From Eledone cirrhosa (taxonomy: Eukaryota), in contig OZ024745.1 in the NCBI GenBank assembly GCA_964016885.1, positions 61,442,001 to 61,506,000 on the forward strand: DNA of 64,000 nucleotides, read 5' to 3'. Positions within the stretch are counted from its first letter, which is position 1, and the number at the start of each line of letters is the position of its first letter. The notes under the pieces are model-generated. The model did not search any database. It saw only the letters and a program-made list of their open reading frames with translations, and was not told the DNA's origin. This document shows, in pieces, positions 58,395 to 64,000 of the stretch. The translations under genes were made by a program, and so were the position numbers.

Positions 58395-59125
58395 TTACTT
58401 CCAGTTTCGTACCTAGTTAAAGCTAAGTAATCACCAAACACTAAAAATAAACAACAAAACTACTTTTTTCGCGAAAAAAAAGGAAAACAAAACGAGAAGT
58501 GGGACTTTATGTGAAGAAACTTTTAGTGTTGTATGTTAGTTTAAACATGTTGTAAGGTGTGCAACACTTCATATTTAATTAGTATTCCGGTGAGTTATTT
58601 TCCTTGGTTATTTGGAGAATTATATTATATAATGGGAGAAAAATCCAAAATAAAAGCATATGAACAGAAAAGAATTATAAAAACATAAAATCAAAAAAAA
58701 AATCAATGTATGGAAATTTATAAGGAAATAAAGTGTTGCAAGTGTGTTATAGTGAATTTAGGAAGGTCAATAAATGGGTCAAACAAAAGTATCAAGTAGA
58801 AGCAGGTAAATTTCTGTGCTATTATGTAGAAATATAACAAAGGGCGTGTGATTATAGGATAAAGTAAATATGTTATAATTAAGTGCTGAACATTTTTATC
58901 TAGTGATAGTCAGATCTTGTATTTTAGAAGGTAATTATCAAAATTGCAGCATTTAGTAAATATTTCTGGTCTTGTATTTAGATAATTTGCAGAATATTTA
59001 AGGTTTTTCAGTATGAGGTTCCCTACAGTTATACATAACCTCCGGGTATTTTAAAATCCAATTTCTATATAGTTTGCATCACCTGAGGGTCTTTTACTTG
59101 ATATTGAAATCAGTAGCATGTTCTA
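58395..59125 (-). mobile_element. Degenerate Naiad-type PLE 3' end
   Basis: FNIK*KTLR*CKLY..RLCITVGNLILK..YLNTRPEIFTKC at about 58905-59125, with a decayed HHR-like motif at about 58395-58440. Confidence 0.6.
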
Positions 59126-59614
59126 TTAAATTCTGTCCACCTTCAATGGCGTGTGTCGTTTCTGACAATATGAGAGCAGCATAACCTATTAACAGTACAG
59201 GTAGCTGCACTGTTTACCTTTGCGGGGAAAGAGATTGACGGTTTTAATAAAATGATGATAATCCTAGCTTGGACTGATTAGAGCCAGCTTGGGTAGCTCT
59301 CATACTAATTAAGGATCTTCTACCGACCAGGTCTCGCTGGAGTAAAAGCAACCAAATTCAAGGATTGCCAAGAGATAGCAATGCTAGACATAAAAGCCTT
59401 AATACTAACTCCATTTGACGCATTGATGGATAATTGTTGACTCCTTGTTGAGTTTATCTGTCTTGTACCTTGTAGAAGTGAGGGTGTTTATTCCCCTTCC
59501 TTATATCAGGGCGAGATTCTAAGGTGGGGTTGCCTATTTAGTCACCGACGATTCGACCAGTTTTACATGATTACCAGAAGCTGTTTCATATAACCTGACG
59601 CACACACACACACA

Positions 59615-59741
<127 letters not shown>

Positions 59742-60679
59742 GAATGTATATAACATCAGTAGTAGCTTCGCAATTAAATGTGATTTATCTGTGTGACATA
59801 TCAACATTCGGCGACCAAGAGCTGTGTTTCTTCTACACCGATTTTATTGTAGTTCTAGGATGAAGCAAAATCTGTTAACAGACAAGGGATTTCAGAATTG
59901 TTTGTGTCTAGCGATGTGTAGTCAAAATTCCCATGCCTAGCGGTGTGTGTTCAAAATTCTATGCTTATTGATGTGTGTCAATCGCAGTTTCAATCAACCC
60001 TCACTAAAAAAGAAACAACAACAATAATAATAATATGATGAAAATAGTTTCTTTGTTGGCCACAAGGGCCCACCAATGATGATCATGATAATACGATTAA
60101 GAAGGGGAAAAAACATTTCTTTTGAACATCTATTAATGTTCAAAAATAAGAGTCAGAAGTAATATTATGAAAACATAAATGCACAAAAGCCTGCAGAATA
60201 ACTCACATAAGAACTAAACGAGAACTAAACGAGAACTAAACGAGAACGAAGAAGATATGAGAGAAGAGAATGGCACACCCAGGCAGATAATATCGACTGT
60301 AACAAAACGAAGATAACAAAAAAAAAAAGTGTAAAATAAAATATATAAAAACAGAGCATATTCAAAATAATTACAAAGAATTATCAGAACCATACAGAAA
60401 TGTGAGATAACTATTTATGACTAAAGAGAAATAAGAGAACGTTTAGACTTTAAAGTGAAAGAGATGAGAGAATAACAGAAAAAAAGAGAGCGAGAAAACT
60501 TGTGTGTTAGTGTGTATGTATGTGTGCTTGAGGAAGAGGGTGTGTATGAGATAGAAAGTGTATGTTTGTAAGTGAGAGAAAAAGAGAAACATAGATAGCT
60601 AGATAGATAGATAGATAGATCGATCGATCGATAGATAGATATAGAGAGAAAGAGATAAAGTTCCACACCGTATATTTCA

Positions 60680-60869
60680 GGGGTGTGGATTGGCAGTATC
60701 GGTAGAGAGTCGGACGCCATGCTTTGCAGCACAGTTACGTCCCTTTACGAACTGAGTTCAAATCCCGCCGAGGTTAACTTTGCCTTTCATCCTTACGGGG
60801 TCGATAAAATAAAGTACCAGTAATGTACTTGGTAATTGCTGGCCTTGTGCCAAAAAGTAGAAACAATTA
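60680..60869 (+). mobile_element. SINE with TSD TATATTTCAGGGGTG
   Basis: A and B boxes plus a duplicated flank. Confidence 0.9.
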
Positions 60870-61834
60870 TATTTCAGGGGTGATGTGAAAGTTGTGGCCG
60901 ACATGTTAGACGGTGGTTTCGCAATTTAGAGGCGCCAGGTTCGAGCCTACTGATGGACATATAGTTGAAAAAGATTGATTTGTTTGGCTATCATTTAATC
61001 GATGTTTCTGAACACGAAAGATCAAATAATTGATCCCAACGGTGTTGAACTTATCAGACCCCACAAAAAGTGTCAGGTTTAACAGATTGAGTATGTACAC
61101 CCAAGTGTGCAATAGCATGTAGTCATAGTCAATTTAATCTTAGCATAAAGATCGAAGTGTTTTCAGTGTATCCGATTTGCTTCCTAACCTTTATCCACAA
61201 AATAAAGGCGAACCCAACCATGAGCTCGGCTGGTCTCGCTTGGGGATCCAGCCGAATCAATTGGAGACGGTTTCTTCTGACAGGACCCGAGGGAAGACGT
61301 ACTTGAGCACTCTGCTCCCATGACACTTCCAGGAATAAGTGGGCAAAGAAGAAGATATGACGGAAATATTTACTAATTTGGTTGGAACGAAATATTGAGT
61401 AAGAATGTGTGAATCACACTGGTAATTGGCCGGATTATTAGAACGTTGAGCGAGATGCTTATTTGTTCCGACTTTTTGTATTTTGAGTTCAAATCTCGCT
61501 GTGGCCAATTTGCTACGTAGAAGTAATCCGCCACTCGGTTTAAATCTACCAATTTGAAGGTCTCAGCACAAGTGCTCAACCTACTAGAAATACCATTAAA
61601 ATTTCCTTTAACTTTGTAAATTAGGAGAGAAGTTATTAAAACACAGTATTATTTATACAAATATATATGTAGAAATGTCACTGGTGCCAAGCTATATCGG
61701 CCATAGCCTTTCCCTTGGACATCATCGGTGGCATGAAGAGGAGAGGATGCTATGCATGGGCGACTGCTAGTCTTCCACAAACAACCGGACTTGTGCCTCG
61801 GAGGGAAACTTTCTACGTGCAATTCCCATGGTCT

Positions 61835-61873
<39 letters not shown>

Positions 61874-62085
61874 CACACACGCGCACACACGCGCGCACAC
61901 ATACACGCACGCGCGCACACATACACGCACGCGCGCACACACACACGTGTCTGTTGTATGTCTGTGTGTATGTGTGTATTTACGTATACACGAAAAACTA
62001 GCGGCACATAAGTGATTTTCATCGTCATCACCATCATCAGACAAAGGCATACATACATACCCATATTGTGTTCCCGCACCTTCAA

Positions 62086-62711
62086 TGATTGTTTCTGCTT
62101 TTGGCACAAGGTCAGCAATTTTAAGGGAAGCGGAAAACGATTAAATGGAGCCCAGTGTGTTACTAGTACTTTATTCTTTCGACCCAAGATGAAAGGCAAA
62201 GCTGAACTCAGCGGGATTTAAACTCAGAACGTAGATGACCGTAATTATATACCACAAAGCATGTTATCCGATGCTCAACCGATGCTGCCAATCTACCGCA
62301 CTTCCGCACCATCAATAATTGTTTCTACTTTTGCCACAAGGCCAGCAGTTACCCAATGCATTACTGGTACTTTATTTTATCGACCCCCGTAAGGATGAAA
62401 AAGGGAAAGTTAACCTCGGCGGGATTTGAACTCAGATCATAAAGGGCCGCAACTCTATGCTGCAAAGCATAGCGTCCGACGCTCTACCGATGCTGTCAAT
62501 CCACCGCCTTTCCTACCATCAATAATTGTTTCTACTTTAAGCACAAGGCCAGCAATTATCCAGTGCATTACTGGTACTTTATTTTATCGACCCCGTAAGG
62601 ATGAAAGGGAAAGTTAACCTCGGCGGGATTTGAACTCAGATCATAAAGGGCCGCAACTCTATGCTGCAAAGCATAGCGTCCGACGCTCTACCGATGCTGC
62701 CAATCCATCGC
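62086..62711 (-). mobile_element. Three tandem SINE copies
   Basis: 62086-62299, 62315-62508 and 62522-62711, separated by a repeated ..ACCATCAATAAT spacer. Confidence 0.9.
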
Positions 62712-63098
62712 CTTTCCTACCATCAATAATGATAGTAGAAATATTTATCGTAATTAGGTATTAAATTAAATAAATTACAAATTTAAATGTTAGTTCGCAT
62801 CGATCACTCGTCACAAATGCAGCCTTTTCATTTTGATAAAAGTGATTCGCTACACGGCCCTAGAATCGAGTCGATAAAAAAGATTTTGCTTGAACGTCAG
62901 TGTTGGTTCGAATCTCATTGTAGGTGCTGTGGTAGGTTGTTTTTACTCCGCCTCTGTCTATCACTTCGGGATATCTTGTAGAGGAATACATATATTGTAT
63001 TGAACTACATAAACAGCAAAATCAAATATGTCAGTGAGAGATCTTATCGTTTGTACGTGACAAATAATAGTTTTCTCTTTTCATACATTTGTATATAA

Positions 63099-63146
<48 letters not shown>

Positions 63147-63150
63147 TACT

Positions 63151-63232
<82 letters not shown>

Positions 63233-63240
63233 TATATATA

Positions 63241-63670
63241 GTAGCAGAAAAACCTCCTAGAGGGTGGTGATAATTTTGGGTTTCAATGTAAAATTTCTAG
63301 ATAGCAAGATTAAAAGCGATTTTTGATTTGAAATGACAGATTAGAATATAAGAAAATCTGGCTATGAGCAGTAATGTAGTAATGATGTTCTGCCGCTTTC
63401 TAGAATATTTTGTTTTTTTTAGTTTCCTCTCTATTCAGAGGAAGAATGATAACGCCCAGAGCTTCTATCATTTCTGCTTATTGTTAATTTATGAAGTCGT
63501 TGAGCGTCAGTTTAAATGCTTTCCAGGATTCAATTTATCTCAACACCATTCTCATTGGGATGCATCTTGTGTTTCAAATCTCAAGAGTCAATAGAACTAA
63601 TACAAGTATTATCGCGAAATTGAATCAGTTGGTTCTACTGTTCCATTTGAAATATTAATCCAATGTCCAA
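63241..63670 (-). mobile_element. Possible Helitron relic
   Basis: Terminus resembles the 25310 end (TAGCAGAAAA.C). Weak helicase-like peptide IILPLNREETKKNKI. Confidence 0.3.
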
Positions 63671-64000
63671 GTAATACGCAAATTATAAATAATAAAGTGG
63701 TTGTTCTTTAGCCTTAGGCCAGCTCTGATGAGCAGACCTATAATTAAAGGTATTTAAGCTGTTAGTCTGTCTATTTTAAAGACGTGGGAATGTGATTTAA
63801 AGGGGACTTGACGGCCATTTCTATCTGATTAAGCAAGCTATATAAATAATAATTATAGTTGGAAGAAAAACAAAGGGAGTTCTAGTGGTATATACAGACA
63901 GATTCGACAAAATGTTCAGTACGGGATCTGGGAGTTGAAAAGAACGAAGAGATTCAAGGTGAAGCAAGGGTTAAAATATTTGGTCAAGTATGGGATCAAA

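Overview
AT-rich, microsatellite-saturated animal non-coding DNA. The SINE/LINE repertoire suggests an octopus or other cephalopod genome (inference). I find no supportable host exon, and nearly all listed ORFs are (TA)n/(CA)n/(GA)n artefacts. The window is dominated by Penelope-like retroelements (PLEs) of the Naiad type and their derivatives. These include a long 5'-truncated RT ORF (42141-43820), GIY-YIG fragments (29680-30314, 40117-40785, 51693-52580) and about 25 short, often fold-back (palindromic) inserts inside (TA)n tracts. Main result: read by eye, these inserts carry at least 13 sequence-distinct type I hammerhead ribozyme (HHR) motifs in about 20 copies. Several have very long stem II insertions (49-116 nt), three unrelated families have a U3:A8 compensatory core, and most have palindromic stem III. 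Three ORF-less units (about 542, 540 and 310 bp) are partial tandems that look like retrozyme-type circular-RNA parasites. Unrelated families also share a GAG(C/T)(A/G)C box about 30-80 nt from the 3' insertion junction. Other content: tRNA-derived SINEs with TSDs, R4/Dong-like and RTE LINE relics, two tandem non-autonomous Helitrons, a hAT relic and minisatellites. Coordinates are hand-counted and may be off by a few bases. No ribozyme activity has been tested.
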